DNA of 64,000 bases from an uncultured Solirubrobacteraceae bacterium (GCA_963705745.1 CAVPKP010000010.1:105675-169674), one strand, 5' to 3'; shown: positions 40,348 through 51,055, counted from the first letter of the stretch. A program made the numbers and translations. Notes: generated by a model not told the origin, from the letters alone.

Positions 40348-41816
40348 GCGACCCAGTGCCATGTCGCGAACTGCGCCGTGAAGAACGCGAGCAGCACGAC
40401 CGAGCAGACCAGCACCGGTACGCGCGCGCGCGGATGCGACGACAGCCAAGCCGCGAACCAGATCCCGAGCGGGAACAGCACGACGAGGAAGCGCGGCAGC
40501 GACATCAGCGGCTGCGTCGAGACCGGATAGGAGAGCGGCAGCGCGAGCGCCGCGATCACGTACGCGCCGTACGCGAACGGCAGCGTGCGCAGCACGCCCA
40601 CCGTCGCGACGAGCCCGGCGAGCAGGAACGCCGTCAGCTCGATGTTGTGCTGGGCGGCGATCGTCGCGCCTTCTTTCGGCCCGACCGGGAAGTACGCGTG
40701 GACCTGCTGGCCGGAGATCAGCTGACGCACGCCCTCGAACCCGGCGCGCAGCCCGTCCCAGACGCCGACGTACGGGCCCGCGAAGGAGCGGCCCCACACG
40801 TCCTGCGCGTGGAACGGCGCGAGCGCGTCGCCACCGGACAGCGCCATGTAGCCCATGAACAGGCCGAGCCCGAGCGGCGCGAGCGCGAGCCACAGAAGGT
40901 CGCGCCGCAGGCGGTAGCGCGGCGCGATCCCCCGCGCGCGCGGGAAGTCGGGCGGACGATCGGAGCGCGGCCCGTACACGTACAGGATCAGCGCCGGCAC
41001 GATCAGCACGACGCCGGCGCTGCGCGTCGCGCCGGCGAGCGCCGCGAGCAGGCCGACGAGCGCGAAGCGCCCGCGCCGCGCCGCGTAGAACAGCCCGATC
41101 GACAGCGCGAGGTAGAGCGACTCCGAGTAGACAGCCGAGAGGAAGAACGCCATCGGCGCGAACGCCGTCACGAGCACCGCCAGACGCGCGACGTCGCGCG
41201 GCGAGGACGCGCCGGCGCGCGAGGCGAGCCGCGGCCGTGCCGCCCCGCCGGACGCGCCGAGCTCGAGCGAGGTCAGCCGGTGCATGCCGTACAGCGAGAC
41301 GGCGAGCGCGCCGATCGAGAGCAGCACGCCGCCGAGCACGAGCGGCAGCCCGATCGCGCCGAGCGCGCGCACGCCGAGCGGGTACAGCGGGAAGAACGCC
41401 GCGCGCGAGGACGTGTACGCGCCGAGGTCGGGACGGTAGCCGTAACGCGCGATCACCAGGTACCAGGCGGCGTCCCAGCGCGCCGCCGGCGCCGCCAGCA
41501 CGTTCCCGAGCCAGCCGAGGCCGCGCGTCAGGCCGCGCGGGTTGAACGCGTGGCGCATCGGCCCGGCCCCGTACGTCGCGACCGTCAAAGCCGCGGCGAC
41601 CCAGATCAGCAGGCGCGAGCTCCACAGCGCGCGCCAGCTGTCGCGGATCGCGACCGCGCGAGCCGGATCGTCGCGGACCGGCGCGAGCACGCGCCCGGCA
41701 CGCTTGCCCGCACGCGCGCGCAGGCGGGCGAGCCGGCCGCCCGGCATCAGCTCGAGCGGAGCGGGCGACTCGCCGGTCGGCTCGGCGATCGCGAGCTCGG
41801 CTGTGTCCGGGGTCAT
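40344..41816 (-). CDS. GT-C mannosyltransferase-family membrane protein (PIG-V/Mannosyl_trans2-like)
   Basis: RWDAAWY, AFFPLYP, YSESL, SLPRF motifs. Confidence 0.85.
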   Translation of the reverse strand: MTPDTAELAIAEPTGESPAPLELMPGGRLARLRARAGKRAGRVLAPVRDDPARAVAIRDSWRALWSSRLLIWVAAALTVATYGAGPMRHAFNPRGLTRGLGWLGNVLAAPAARWDAAWYLVIARYGYRPDLGAYTSSRAAFFPLYPLGVRALGAIGLPLVLGGVLLSIGALAVSLYGMHRLTSLELGASGGAARPRLASRAGASSPRDVARLAVLVTAFAPMAFFLSAVYSESLYLALSIGLFYAARRGRFALVGLLAALAGATRSAGVVLIVPALILYVYGPRSDRPPDFPRARGIAPRYRLRRDLLWLALAPLGLGLFMGYMALSGGDALAPFHAQDVWGRSFAGPYVGVWDGLRAGFEGVRQLISGQQVHAYFPVGPKEGATIAAQHNIELTAFLLAGLVATVGVLRTLPFAYGAYVIAALALPLSYPVSTQPLMSLPRFLVVLFPLGIWFAAWLSSHPRARVPVLVCSVVLLAFFTAQFATWHWVA

Positions 41817-41907
41817 TGTCGGGGCACGGGGCTGAGAGTAGCCGCGACGGAAAAGGCGGCGTACCGGCAGGAAATCACAATCCGGCAGGTAATCTCGAAG
41901 GTCCGGG

Positions 41908-44109
41908 ATGTCTCGACAGGCTCGACAGCGCCGGCGCCGGCACCACCGGGCCGGCCCGACGCGGTTCCTGCTGATCGGCGGCGGCGTGCTCGTCTCCGCG
42001 CTCATCATCGGCGTGATCGCCGCCGTCGGCTACGTGCTCAACGTCGCGCAATCGGCGCCGGCGATCGGCTCGCTGCGCCCGATCATCGGCGGCGGCTCCT
42101 CGCAGGTGTTCGCCGCCGACGGAACGCGGCTCGGCTTCATCCAGTCCGACGAGCTGCGCACGCCGGTCTCGTGGAGCCAGATCCCCGCGAACCTGAAGAA
42201 CGCGACGGTCGCGATCGAGGACCAGCGCTTCTACAAGAACAACGGCGTCGACCTGACCGGCATCTTCCGCTCGGCCGTCAAGGACATCACTCACGGCCAG
42301 GCGCTGCAGGGCGGCTCGACGATCACGATGCAGCTCGTGCGCAACCTCTACCTCGGCGGCGACCAGCACACGCTGAAGCAGAAGATCATCGAGGCGAAGC
42401 TCGCGATCGAGTACAACGAACGTCACAGCAAGCGCTCGATCCTGACGAGTTATCTGAACAGCGTTCCGTACGGGACGCTCGGGGGACAGACCGCGATCGG
42501 CGTGCAGGCCGCCTCGCGCGAGTTCTTCGACAAACCCGCCTCGCAGCTGAACCTGCAGCAGTCGGCTCTACTCGCCGGCTTGCCGCAGGCGCCGTCGCAG
42601 TACAACCCGTTCGCCGACCCCTCCGAAGCGAGGCGTCGCCGCAACGAGGTGCTCGCGAAGATGGCCGAACTGCACTACATCACCAGGGCCGAAGCGAGTC
42701 GCGCCGAGGCGACCGGGCTGGAAGTCAAGCGCGGCTACTTCTACTCCGAACGCAAGGAGGACTTCTTCTTCGAATACGTCCGCCAGCAGCTCGCCGAACG
42801 CTACGGCGCGCAGACGGTCGCGCAGGGCGGCTTGAAGGTGTACACGACGATCGACCTGAACATGCAGCGACTCGCGCGCAAAGCGATCGCCGAAGTGCTC
42901 AACGAGCCCGAAGACCCGGCGTCGGCGATCGTCACCCTCAATCCGGCGAACGGCGACATCGAGGCGATGGCCGAGTCCGAGAGCTACGAGAAGTCGCAGT
43001 ACAACCTCGCCGCCGACGGGCACCGCCAGCCCGGCTCGACGTTCAAGGCGATCGACCTCGCCGACGCGCTCTCGCGCGGCGTCGACCCGAACAGCACCTA
43101 CTACCTCTCCCACACGCTCGCGCCCGGCTGGCTGACCGGCTACCCGACGTACGAAGTGAAGACGTTCGAGGGAACGTCGTTGAACAAGTCGATCAGCCTC
43201 GTCGACGCGACGCTGACCTCGGACAACACCGTCTACGCGCAGCTCGCCGCCGATCTCGGCGAGTCGACCGTCACCGAAATGGCTTACAAGATGGGGGTCA
43301 AAACGCACCTCTCGAGCTTCCCCGCCGAAGCGCTCGGCGGCCTCACGCTCGGCGTCACACCGCTCGAAATGGCCGACGTCTACGCCACGCTCGCCGACGG
43401 CGGCTACCGCAACAGCCCGATCGCGATCACGAAGGTCGTGTTCCCCGACGGTCACGTCGACAGCAACTGGGGCGAGCCCCATCGCGTCAAGGTGCTGAGC
43501 GAAGGCGTCACCGCCGAGGAGACGAGCATCCTCAAACAGAACGTCGAAAGCGGCACGGCGACGCGCTCGGCGATCGGCTGCCCGACGGCGGCCAAGACCG
43601 GCACGACGAGCGAACTCGTCGACGCGTGGTTGGACGGGTTCACGCCGAACTACGCGACGGTCGTGTGGATGGGTTACCCGAACCGACGCGTCTCGATGAC
43701 CGACGTCCACGGCGAGCCGCAGCAGGGCGGCTATCTCCCGGCCGAAATCTGGCACGCATACATGTCGGCCGTCGAGGAAGGCAAGACGTGCGTGCCGTTC
43801 AAAGCGGCCAAGGAACCGATCTCCTACACGCCGTTCTACGGCAAATTCGCGACGACCGGGCAGTCGCGCTCGCCCTCCGAAGAACGCGGCGAAGAACACT
43901 TCGAACGCCCGGCGCGACCGCGCACGCCGGAAGCCAAAGGCAAAGGCGGGACCGGCGCGCCGACGCCCGCCGAACCGAAACGCGAAGCGCCCGCGACGCC
44001 CGGCGCGGGCAACGGCGGAGGCGGAGGCAACGGCAACGGCAACGGCAACGGCCGTGGGAACGGTGGCGGTGGCAACGGCGGCGCGACCGGTGGCGCCGCT
44101 CCCGGCTAA
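41908..44109 (+). CDS. Class A penicillin-binding protein (transglycosylase/transpeptidase)
   Basis: EDQRFY, GGSTITMQL, GSTFK, SDN, KTGT; Gly/Asn-rich tail. Confidence 0.94.
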   Translation: MSRQARQRRRRHHRAGPTRFLLIGGGVLVSALIIGVIAAVGYVLNVAQSAPAIGSLRPIIGGGSSQVFAADGTRLGFIQSDELRTPVSWSQIPANLKNATVAIEDQRFYKNNGVDLTGIFRSAVKDITHGQALQGGSTITMQLVRNLYLGGDQHTLKQKIIEAKLAIEYNERHSKRSILTSYLNSVPYGTLGGQTAIGVQAASREFFDKPASQLNLQQSALLAGLPQAPSQYNPFADPSEARRRRNEVLAKMAELHYITRAEASRAEATGLEVKRGYFYSERKEDFFFEYVRQQLAERYGAQTVAQGGLKVYTTIDLNMQRLARKAIAEVLNEPEDPASAIVTLNPANGDIEAMAESESYEKSQYNLAADGHRQPGSTFKAIDLADALSRGVDPNSTYYLSHTLAPGWLTGYPTYEVKTFEGTSLNKSISLVDATLTSDNTVYAQLAADLGESTVTEMAYKMGVKTHLSSFPAEALGGLTLGVTPLEMADVYATLADGGYRNSPIAITKVVFPDGHVDSNWGEPHRVKVLSEGVTAEETSILKQNVESGTATRSAIGCPTAAKTGTTSELVDAWLDGFTPNYATVVWMGYPNRRVSMTDVHGEPQQGGYLPAEIWHAYMSAVEEGKTCVPFKAAKEPISYTPFYGKFATTGQSRSPSEERGEEHFERPARPRTPEAKGKGGTGAPTPAEPKREAPATPGAGNGGGGGNGNGNGNGRGNGGGGNGGATGGAAPG

Positions 44110-44280
44110 GCGAGCTCGCCGGAAGTTACTGCGACGCGCGTTCCGTTAGCAGCGACGCCCGTGACGCGCGTCGGCGATGACCGCCTCCACAGACAGACAT
44201 TGGTAGCTTGAACGCGGCTAGTCGAGTCGACGACGGGCCGCTGCTCGAACGAGCGGCGCCCAGACAGGGGTTGCGCAGCA

Positions 44281-44499
44281 GTGGCGAAGGAGGACAAGGT
44301 CGAATTCGAGGGCGAGGTGATCGAGGCCTTGCCGAACGCGATGTTCCGCGTGAAGCTCGACAACGACCACATCGTGCTCGGACACGTCGCGGGGAAGATG
44401 CGCCGGTTCCGCATCCGCATCCTGCCGGGCGACCGCGTCCGCTGCGAGCTCTCCCCGTACGACCTCGACCGCGCGCGGATCGTCTACCGACATCGCTGA
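44281..44499 (+). CDS. infA: Translation initiation factor IF-1
   Basis: [22 protein letters not shown]...GDRV..ELSPYDL. Confidence 0.98.
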   Translation: MAKEDKVEFEGEVIEALPNAMFRVKLDNDHIVLGHVAGKMRRFRIRILPGDRVRCELSPYDLDRARIVYRHR

Positions 44500-44505
44500 G
44501 CGCTC

Positions 44506-45531
44506 ATCGCCGAGCGCTCTCTGATCGAGTCGATCGAAGCCGAGCTGGCGCTCGCGGCCGGACCCGCGGCGGACGCTCGGCGCAGCGAGCCGTACGGACG
44601 CTCGCGCATCGTCCGCGGCCCCGGCGACGACGCCGCCGTCGTGCGCAGCCGGCCGCTGTGCGCCGTCTCCGTCGACACCGTCGTCGACGGCGTTCACTTC
44701 CGCCGCGACGACGGCTCGGTCACGGCGGCGGACGTCGGCGCGCTCGCGCTCGCCAGTGCGCTGTCGGACCTCGCCGCGATGGGGGCAGAGCCAGGCGAGG
44801 CGTACCTTGCGCTCGGCCTGCCGCCGGACCTCTCCGAGCAGGACGCACTCGCGCTGGTGCGCGGCGCGCGAGCGGCCGCCGATGCGGCGCGCACGTCGAT
44901 CCTCGGCGGCGACGTCGTGCGCTCGCCCGTGCTGAGCGTCTCGGCGACGGTCGTCGGCTGGGCCGAGCACCGGCGGGAGCTGATCGGACGCGACGGCGCG
45001 CGCGCGGGCGACCTCGTCGGCGTGACCGGCTCGCTCGGCGGCGCCGGCGCCGCGCTGGCGGTGCGCGACGGACGCGCACGGCCGACCTCCCTGCGTGAGC
45101 GGCTGCTCGAGCGCGAGCGCGTGCCGACGCCGCGAATCGACGAGGGCCGCGCGCTGGCCGCGGCCGGTGTGCACGCGATGATCGACCTGTCCGACGGCCT
45201 CGCCACCGACGCCGGCCACCTCGGGCGCGCGAGCGGCGCGCGACTGAGGATCGAGCTCGACCGGCTGCCGCTCGCCGAGGGCGTCGCCGACGTGTGCGCC
45301 GCCCTTGGCGTCGATCCGCACGAGCTCGCGGCGAGCGCCGGCGAAGACTACGAGCTCTGCTTCTGCTCGCCGGCGCGCTCGCGCGCGCGCGTCGAGTCGG
45401 CCGTGCTCGGCGCCGGCGCGACGAGCGTCACGTGGATCGGCGAGGTGCTCGCCGGCGCTCCCGGCGTGACGCTAATCGCCGGGGATGGCACTGAGACGAG
45501 GCTGGACGGATTCGAGCACGCCTGGCAGTGA
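44506..45531 (+). CDS. thiL: Thiamine-monophosphate kinase; no canonical start for the conserved N-terminus
   Basis: [38 protein letters not shown]; frame open back to the infA TGA. Confidence 0.9.
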   Translation: MAERSLIESIEAELALAAGPAADARRSEPYGRSRIVRGPGDDAAVVRSRPLCAVSVDTVVDGVHFRRDDGSVTAADVGALALASALSDLAAMGAEPGEAYLALGLPPDLSEQDALALVRGARAAADAARTSILGGDVVRSPVLSVSATVVGWAEHRRELIGRDGARAGDLVGVTGSLGGAGAALAVRDGRARPTSLRERLLERERVPTPRIDEGRALAAAGVHAMIDLSDGLATDAGHLGRASGARLRIELDRLPLAEGVADVCAALGVDPHELAASAGEDYELCFCSPARSRARVESAVLGAGATSVTWIGEVLAGAPGVTLIAGDGTETRLDGFEHAWQ

Positions 45532-46383
45532 CTGGCGTGCCGGTGCGCTGGTGCGCCGCGCGCTCGACGGCTCTTCGAGCTGACCGCCCGTCAGCGCTTC
45601 CTCGGCCCCGGGCGGACGCTGCGAGAGCGGCAGGCGCGCAGCGCCGATGGGCACCGTTCGCGTCAGCCGCGCGAACACGAGCAGTCGTTTAGCCGCGCTG
45701 AACAGCGGCGTGCACGCGGATAGGACGAGGCGCGTGTAGCCGACCTGGCCGACCGCCGCCTCGACGTCGTTCGGCGACACGACGCGCGTGCCGAGCACCG
45801 TGTACGTGAAGTGCGCGTACGGCATGTCGAGCTCGATCCGGTTGCCGGTGTGCAGCGCGTCGATGTGGCGGAACGGCGCCAGGTAGGTGGTGCGGTGTCC
45901 CGCGATCGCGGTCGTTCCGGCCATCCCCGGGAAGACCGTTTCCGAGTAGATCCCCGGACCGCTCTCCAGATCGGACGTGTCGGTGCCCTTGACGACGACG
46001 AAGTCCGCGCCGATCCGCGGGATGCGGATGCGCCCGACCGCGCTGCCGTCCGCCGCGCGTCCCTCGAGGCTTCCGGCGAGGTACGCGACGCGAAGGCGAA
46101 CGTCGGCGAGGTTGACGAGCGCGCGCCGTTCGCCGGCCGTCGGCGTCGCACGTTCGACCTTCGCGAGCGCGCCGCTGAGGTGGTCCTGGCGCAGTTTCGC
46201 GTACAGCGCCGAGAACGGCTCCTGCCAGACGAGCGTCACCGCCGCGTCGAGGAGCGCGATCGCGCCGACGACGATCAGCAGCACCGCGAGCGCGCGCATC
46301 GCCCTGCGCGAGGCCGACGAGCGTCGCCGCGGGGAGAAGCTCGGCCCGCCGCGCGAAGCGCGGCTCAGTTCGACCTCAGGCAT
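45472..46383 (-). CDS. Sortase (class E-like)
   Basis: N-terminal TM, IAGHRTT, LSACTP, downstream catalytic Arg (KRLLV). Confidence 0.9.
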   Translation of the reverse strand: MPEVELSRASRGGPSFSPRRRSSASRRAMRALAVLLIVVGAIALLDAAVTLVWQEPFSALYAKLRQDHLSGALAKVERATPTAGERRALVNLADVRLRVAYLAGSLEGRAADGSAVGRIRIPRIGADFVVVKGTDTSDLESGPGIYSETVFPGMAGTTAIAGHRTTYLAPFRHIDALHTGNRIELDMPYAHFTYTVLGTRVVSPNDVEAAVGQVGYTRLVLSACTPLFSAAKRLLVFARLTRTVPIGAARLPLSQRPPGAEEALTGGQLEEPSSARRTSAPARQSLPGVLESVQPRLSAIPGD

Positions 46384-46407
46384 CGCTCACCTCGCCCCGC
46401 TCTCCGA

Positions 46408-48201
46408 TCACCGGCGCAGCGCCGACTGCGTGCCGCCGAGCGAGCCCGGACCGGCATATGACAGCGGGCCGCGAATCGTGATCTCCTGGACATCGTCGTC
46501 GCCGCCCGCGAGCATCGACGCTCCGGCGGTCACGGCAAGCATGAACGTCGCCGCGGCGCACCCGAGCGCGAGGCTCCACAGCAGCACGCCGGACGCCCCG
46601 ACGTGGCCGCCGGCGAGCAGCAGCACGCCCATCCACGCGGCGTGGCCGACGCCGAGGCCGAGCTCCTCCGCGTAGAACGCCGCGAGCAGCGCCAGCGGCA
46701 CGAGTCCGAGCGCGACGAGCGCGACCGCGAGCGGCGGGCGCGGGCGCAGCTCGGGCGAGACGATCAGCAGCCACAGGTGCAGCGCCGGCAGCAGCAGCAG
46801 CGCCGCGAGCGGGTTGGCGATCCAGACGACGACCGCGACCGGCAGCAGCACGAGCAGCATCGCGACCCCGGCGCCGTCGGAGCTCGGGCGGGCGCGCAGC
46901 CCGACGCGGCGCATCCCCATCGGCCACAGCAGCCACGCGAGGGCGAACACGAGCAGCGCCGCCGCCACGGCCGCCGCCGCCGAGGCCCCGAACGAGAGCC
47001 CCGCGGCCGGCACGGCCTCGCCGGGCGTCGAGCCGATCACGCCGAGCGCGCCGAGGACGAGCACGAACGCCGCCGTCAACAGGAACGGCACGGCGCACAA
47101 GAGCGTCCACAGCGACCAGCGCGCGACCGGCAGCCGCCGCCGGCGCGCGCGAGCGAGGCCGTCGGCGGCGACGATCAGCGGCGGCAACAGCAGCGCGCCG
47201 AGCAGCAGTCGCAGCGCCCACGACGGGAGCGTCTTGCGCTGCACCTCCAGCCCCGCCTGCATCGCCGCCGGAAGTTCGGGCCCGGTGTCGAGCGCGTCGA
47301 CCGCCGTCAGCACGGCGCGCCCGAAGCCTTCCAGCCGCGTCTCGCTGACCGGCGCGTTCGCGCTCGGCCCCGGTTCGCCGGACGCCTGGACGAGCACGGC
47401 CGGGATCCCGGCGGCGTTCAGCGGGCCCTGTTCGCCGACCGTCAGCGGCAGCGCGAGGTGGGCGAGCTGCCCGAACCCGCTCGGCGAGCCGGGGTCGCCT
47501 CCGGTCACCTGCGTGATCGCGTCCTCGACCGTCCGCTGCAACTGCGCCGGCGCGGAGCCGAGCGCGTCCGAGAACGGCACGACGAACGGCTTGCGCGAGC
47601 GCGTGCCCGCGAGATCGCCGAGCACGAGCGCCGCGTCGAACGGCCCCGGTTCGTGCGCCGCGAAGTCGGCCGCCCCGGCGTCGCCGCCGCTGCCGCCGCT
47701 CGTCGAGACGAGCTCGATCGTGCGCTGCGTCTCGCGCGAGGCGAACACGCGCGCGAGCTCCAGCAGCGCGGCGGTGCCCGACAGCTCGGCGCGCGCGCCG
47801 GCGCCGGCCGCGTCGCGGTGCGCGACGATCACGATCGGCGCCGCGCCCGTCGACCCCGGGCGCTGGGCGATCACGTTGACGAGCGTGCGCTCGCCGTCGA
47901 TCGTCTGCGCGTCGAACTCGCGCGTGCGCACCTGGAAGCCGCCGCCGGCAGTGCCGCCGAGGCCGCGCAGCGTCGCGGCGACGCGTGCTGCGAGCGCGCG
48001 ATCGCCGGCGCCGCCGGGGCGGCGGTTGGGGAACTCGCGCGCGAGCGTGTCGAGTTCCGAGAACGCCAGCGATCCGTCGAATGCGTCCGGCGCGAGCGTC
48101 GAGCGCAGCGGCGTCGAACGTCCCGTCAACGAGAACGCGGCAACCGCCAGCGCGAGCACGAACGGCGCAAAGGCAGCGCGATAGAGGCGCCCGTTGAGCA
48201 T
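46408..48201 (-). CDS. Membrane protein with degenerate M28-peptidase-like ectodomain and C-terminal multi-TM region
   Basis: N-terminal TM, NVIA...IVIVAHRD, SGTAALLELAR; then about 8 hydrophobic helices. Confidence 0.82.
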   Translation of the reverse strand: MLNGRLYRAAFAPFVLALAVAAFSLTGRSTPLRSTLAPDAFDGSLAFSELDTLAREFPNRRPGGAGDRALAARVAATLRGLGGTAGGGFQVRTREFDAQTIDGERTLVNVIAQRPGSTGAAPIVIVAHRDAAGAGARAELSGTAALLELARVFASRETQRTIELVSTSGGSGGDAGAADFAAHEPGPFDAALVLGDLAGTRSRKPFVVPFSDALGSAPAQLQRTVEDAITQVTGGDPGSPSGFGQLAHLALPLTVGEQGPLNAAGIPAVLVQASGEPGPSANAPVSETRLEGFGRAVLTAVDALDTGPELPAAMQAGLEVQRKTLPSWALRLLLGALLLPPLIVAADGLARARRRRLPVARWSLWTLLCAVPFLLTAAFVLVLGALGVIGSTPGEAVPAAGLSFGASAAAAVAAALLVFALAWLLWPMGMRRVGLRARPSSDGAGVAMLLVLLPVAVVVWIANPLAALLLLPALHLWLLIVSPELRPRPPLAVALVALGLVPLALLAAFYAEELGLGVGHAAWMGVLLLAGGHVGASGVLLWSLALGCAAATFMLAVTAGASMLAGGDDDVQEITIRGPLSYAGPGSLGGTQSALRR

Positions 48202-48310
48202 CCCTAGACGATAGTTCCACGCGCGGCCTCGCGTGAGCGCTGCAAACGCGCAAGATGCGGGACGGCGCGAGCGCAAGCGACGCGCAAGATCTCGGGTATC
48301 GTGCGGCCGC

Positions 48311-49549
48311 GTGCTGCAGCCCGTCGCCGTTGGCAACAAGACGCTCGCCGATTACACGCACATCTGCGGCCGCGAGCTGATCGCCGAGATCCACGAGCTG
48401 GCAGAGCCGCTGCAGGGCGACCGCGTCGTGCACATCTCGGCGACCGCGTTCGGCGGCGGCGTCTCGGAGATCCTCTACACGCTCGTGCCGCTGATGCGCG
48501 ACGTCGGCCTCGACTGCGAGTGGCAGGTGATCTACGGACGCGAGGAGTTCTTCAACGCGACCAAGCTGATGCACAACGCGCTGCAGGGCTCGCCGCAGGA
48601 CCTCGACGAGGAGCAGTGGGCGACGTGGCGCCAGTACAACGAGATGAACGCGCGCGAGCTGTCGGGCGGATGGGACGTCTGCCTCGTGCACGACCCACAG
48701 CCGGCGGCGCTGTTCGGGCTCGTGCCGGAGAAGGCCAAGGGTTGGGTGTGGCGCTGTCACATCGACCTCTCGACGCCCAACGAGCAGACGATCGCGCGGC
48801 TGCTGCCCTACATCGCCGACTACCCCGAGACGCTGTTTCACATGCGCGAGTACGTCCCGCCCGGGATGAACGGCCACGTCAACGTCGTCCCGCCCGCGAT
48901 CGATCCGCTGACGCCGAAGAACATGGCGCTCTCGCCCGAGGACGGCGCGTTCGTCTGCGGGCAGTTCGGGATCGACGTCGACCGACCGCTGATCTGCCAG
49001 GTCTCGCGCTTCGACCCGTGGAAGGACCCGCTCGGCGTGATCGACGCCTACCGCGTCGTCAAGCAGTCGATGCCCGACGTGCAGCTGGCGCTCGTCGGAT
49101 CGATGGCCAGCGACGACCCCGAGGGATGGGACTTCTTCAACGCGACGATCGCGCACGCCGACGGCGATCCCGACATCCACATCCTCAACAACTTCAACAA
49201 CGTCGGCGCGATCGAGGTCAACGCGTTCCAGTCGCACTCCGACGTGCTGATCCAGAAGTCCACGCGCGAGGGCTTCGGCCTGACCGTCTCCGAGGCGATC
49301 TGGAAGGCGCGCCCGTTCATCGGCGGCAACGTCGGCGGCATCCCGCTGCAGATCGAGGACGGCGTCACCGGCTTCCTCGTCGGCAGCGTCGAGGAGTGCG
49401 CGGCGCGCGCGCTCGAGGTGCTGAAGGACCCGGCGCTCGGCAAGTTCCTCGGCCGGCGTGGCAAGGAGCACGTGCGCACGCACTTCCTCACGCCGCGCTA
49501 CCTGCGCGACTACCTCAAGATCTTCAACGAGCTGAAGTCCCAGGCGTGA
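48311..49549 (+). CDS. treT: Trehalose synthase TreT-like GT4 glycosyltransferase
   Basis: FGGGVSEIL, HNALQG, HDPQP, WRCHID, SRFDPWKD, REGFGLTVSEA. Confidence 0.88.
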   Translation: MLQPVAVGNKTLADYTHICGRELIAEIHELAEPLQGDRVVHISATAFGGGVSEILYTLVPLMRDVGLDCEWQVIYGREEFFNATKLMHNALQGSPQDLDEEQWATWRQYNEMNARELSGGWDVCLVHDPQPAALFGLVPEKAKGWVWRCHIDLSTPNEQTIARLLPYIADYPETLFHMREYVPPGMNGHVNVVPPAIDPLTPKNMALSPEDGAFVCGQFGIDVDRPLICQVSRFDPWKDPLGVIDAYRVVKQSMPDVQLALVGSMASDDPEGWDFFNATIAHADGDPDIHILNNFNNVGAIEVNAFQSHSDVLIQKSTREGFGLTVSEAIWKARPFIGGNVGGIPLQIEDGVTGFLVGSVEECAARALEVLKDPALGKFLGRRGKEHVRTHFLTPRYLRDYLKIFNELKSQA

Positions 49550-49601
49550 GCGGCGGTGTCGAGCGTTCCGTTCAGAGCGCCGACTGCAACGAGGCACGAG
49601 C

Positions 49602-51055
49602 ATGACCTCTGATCGGGTGCCGCTCGTGCTCGTGAGCAACCGCGGGCCGGTCACGTTCGGCCCCGGCGGGGAGATCCAGCGCGGCTCGGGCGGGCTCGTG
49701 ACCGCGCTCACCGGACTGGCCTCGCACCGCGACGCGATCTGGATCGCCTCGGCGATGAACGAGCACGACGCCGAGGTCTCGCGCGAGCGCGGCGGCGCGT
49801 TCGACGTGCGCTCGCCCGACGGCGGCGAGTACCAGGTCCGCCTGGTCGTCTCCGAGCCCGAGGCGTACGACCGCTTCTACAACGTCTTCGCCAACCCGAT
49901 GCTGTGGTTCATCCAGCACTACCTGTGGGATCTCTCGAACGCTCCCGACATCCGGCGCGAGGAGATCGAGGCGTTCGAGTTCGGCTACAACGTCGTCAAC
50001 GAAGACCTCGCGCGCGCCGTCGTCGAGCAGCTCGAGGACACCGAGGAGCCGGTCGTGATGGTCCACGACTACCACCTCTACACGCTCCCCGACCTCGTCC
50101 GCCGCGCGCGTCCCGACGTCTTCCTGCACCACTTCATCCACATCCCGTGGACGCAGCCCGACGCGTGGCGTGTGCTGCCGACGCGAATCCGCGAGGAGAT
50201 CTTCAGCGGCCTGCTCGCGAACGACATCATCGGCTTCCACACGCGCTCCTACCGCCACAACTTCCTGCAGTGCTGCCGCGACCTGATGGAGCTCGACGTC
50301 GACTTCAACGCCGGCGTCGTGCGCTTCGGGGAGCGCGAGGTGTGGGTGCGCGCCTATCCGCTGCCGATCGACCACCGCGCGACGCGCCAGATCGCGCAGC
50401 GCGAGCGGGTCGGCGTCTTCGAGCAGGAGCTGCTGCGCCGCCGGCGCGACTTCCTGATCCTGCGCGTCGACCGCGCCGACCTGAGCAAGAACGTGCTGCG
50501 CGGCTTCTCCGCGTTCGACCTGTTCCTCGAGCAGCACCCGGAGTTCCGCGAGCGCGTCACGTTCATGGCGCAGATGATGCCGTCGCGAACCGACGTGCCG
50601 CAGTACGCCGAGTACCTCGAGGCGATCGAGGCGATCGTCGCGGTCGTCAACCACCGCCACGGCACGCCCGACTGGATGCCGATCCAGCTCAAGTTGAGAG
50701 ATGACCTGGAGGAGGCGATGGCCGCGTACAAGCACTACGACGTGCTGCTCGTCAACGCGATGTTCGACGGCATGAACCTCGTCGCCAAGGAGGGTCCGAT
50801 CGTCAACGAGCGCGACGGCGTCTCGATCCTCTCCGAGAACACCGGCGCGCACGAGGAGCTCGGCGAGTACGCGCTGTCGGTCAACCCGTTCGACATCCAG
50901 GAGACGGCCGACTCGATCCACGCAGCGCTGACGATGCCCCCCAGGAGAAGCGCCGCCGCGCCGACGGCCTCGTCGAGATCGTCACCTCGCGCGACCCCGG
51001 AGACTGGATCGACGAGCAGCTCGCCGACATCCGCGCGAAGGGCCGGACCCGCTAA
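49602..51055 (+). CDS. otsA: Trehalose-6-phosphate synthase (GT20) with a frameshift in the C6 run at 50937-50942
   Basis: VSNRGP, GGLV, HDYHL, HIPW, DGMNLVAKE; natural C-terminus (..RDPGDWIDEQLADI..TAA 51055) lies in another frame. Confidence 0.88.

Noticed and set aside
44005..44105. GGCAAC/GGC repeats at the end of the PBP gene
   Set aside because: Encode a Gly/Asn low-complexity tail, common on actinobacterial class A PBPs.
44110..44280. TPP riboswitch ahead of infA-thiL
   Set aside because: No recognisable THI-box core sequence found.
44497..44499. Selenocysteine recoding of the infA TGA
   Set aside because: IF-1 is complete at this stop, the position is not a catalytic Cys site, and no SECIS-like hairpin is evident.
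40323..49711. Very long ORFs such as 40323..44180 (1285 aa) and 46376..49711 (1111 aa), and many similar Arg/Ala-rich ORFs across the window
   Set aside because: Shadow frames of real genes. Stop codons are rare in off-frames of very high-GC DNA, and the products have no motifs.
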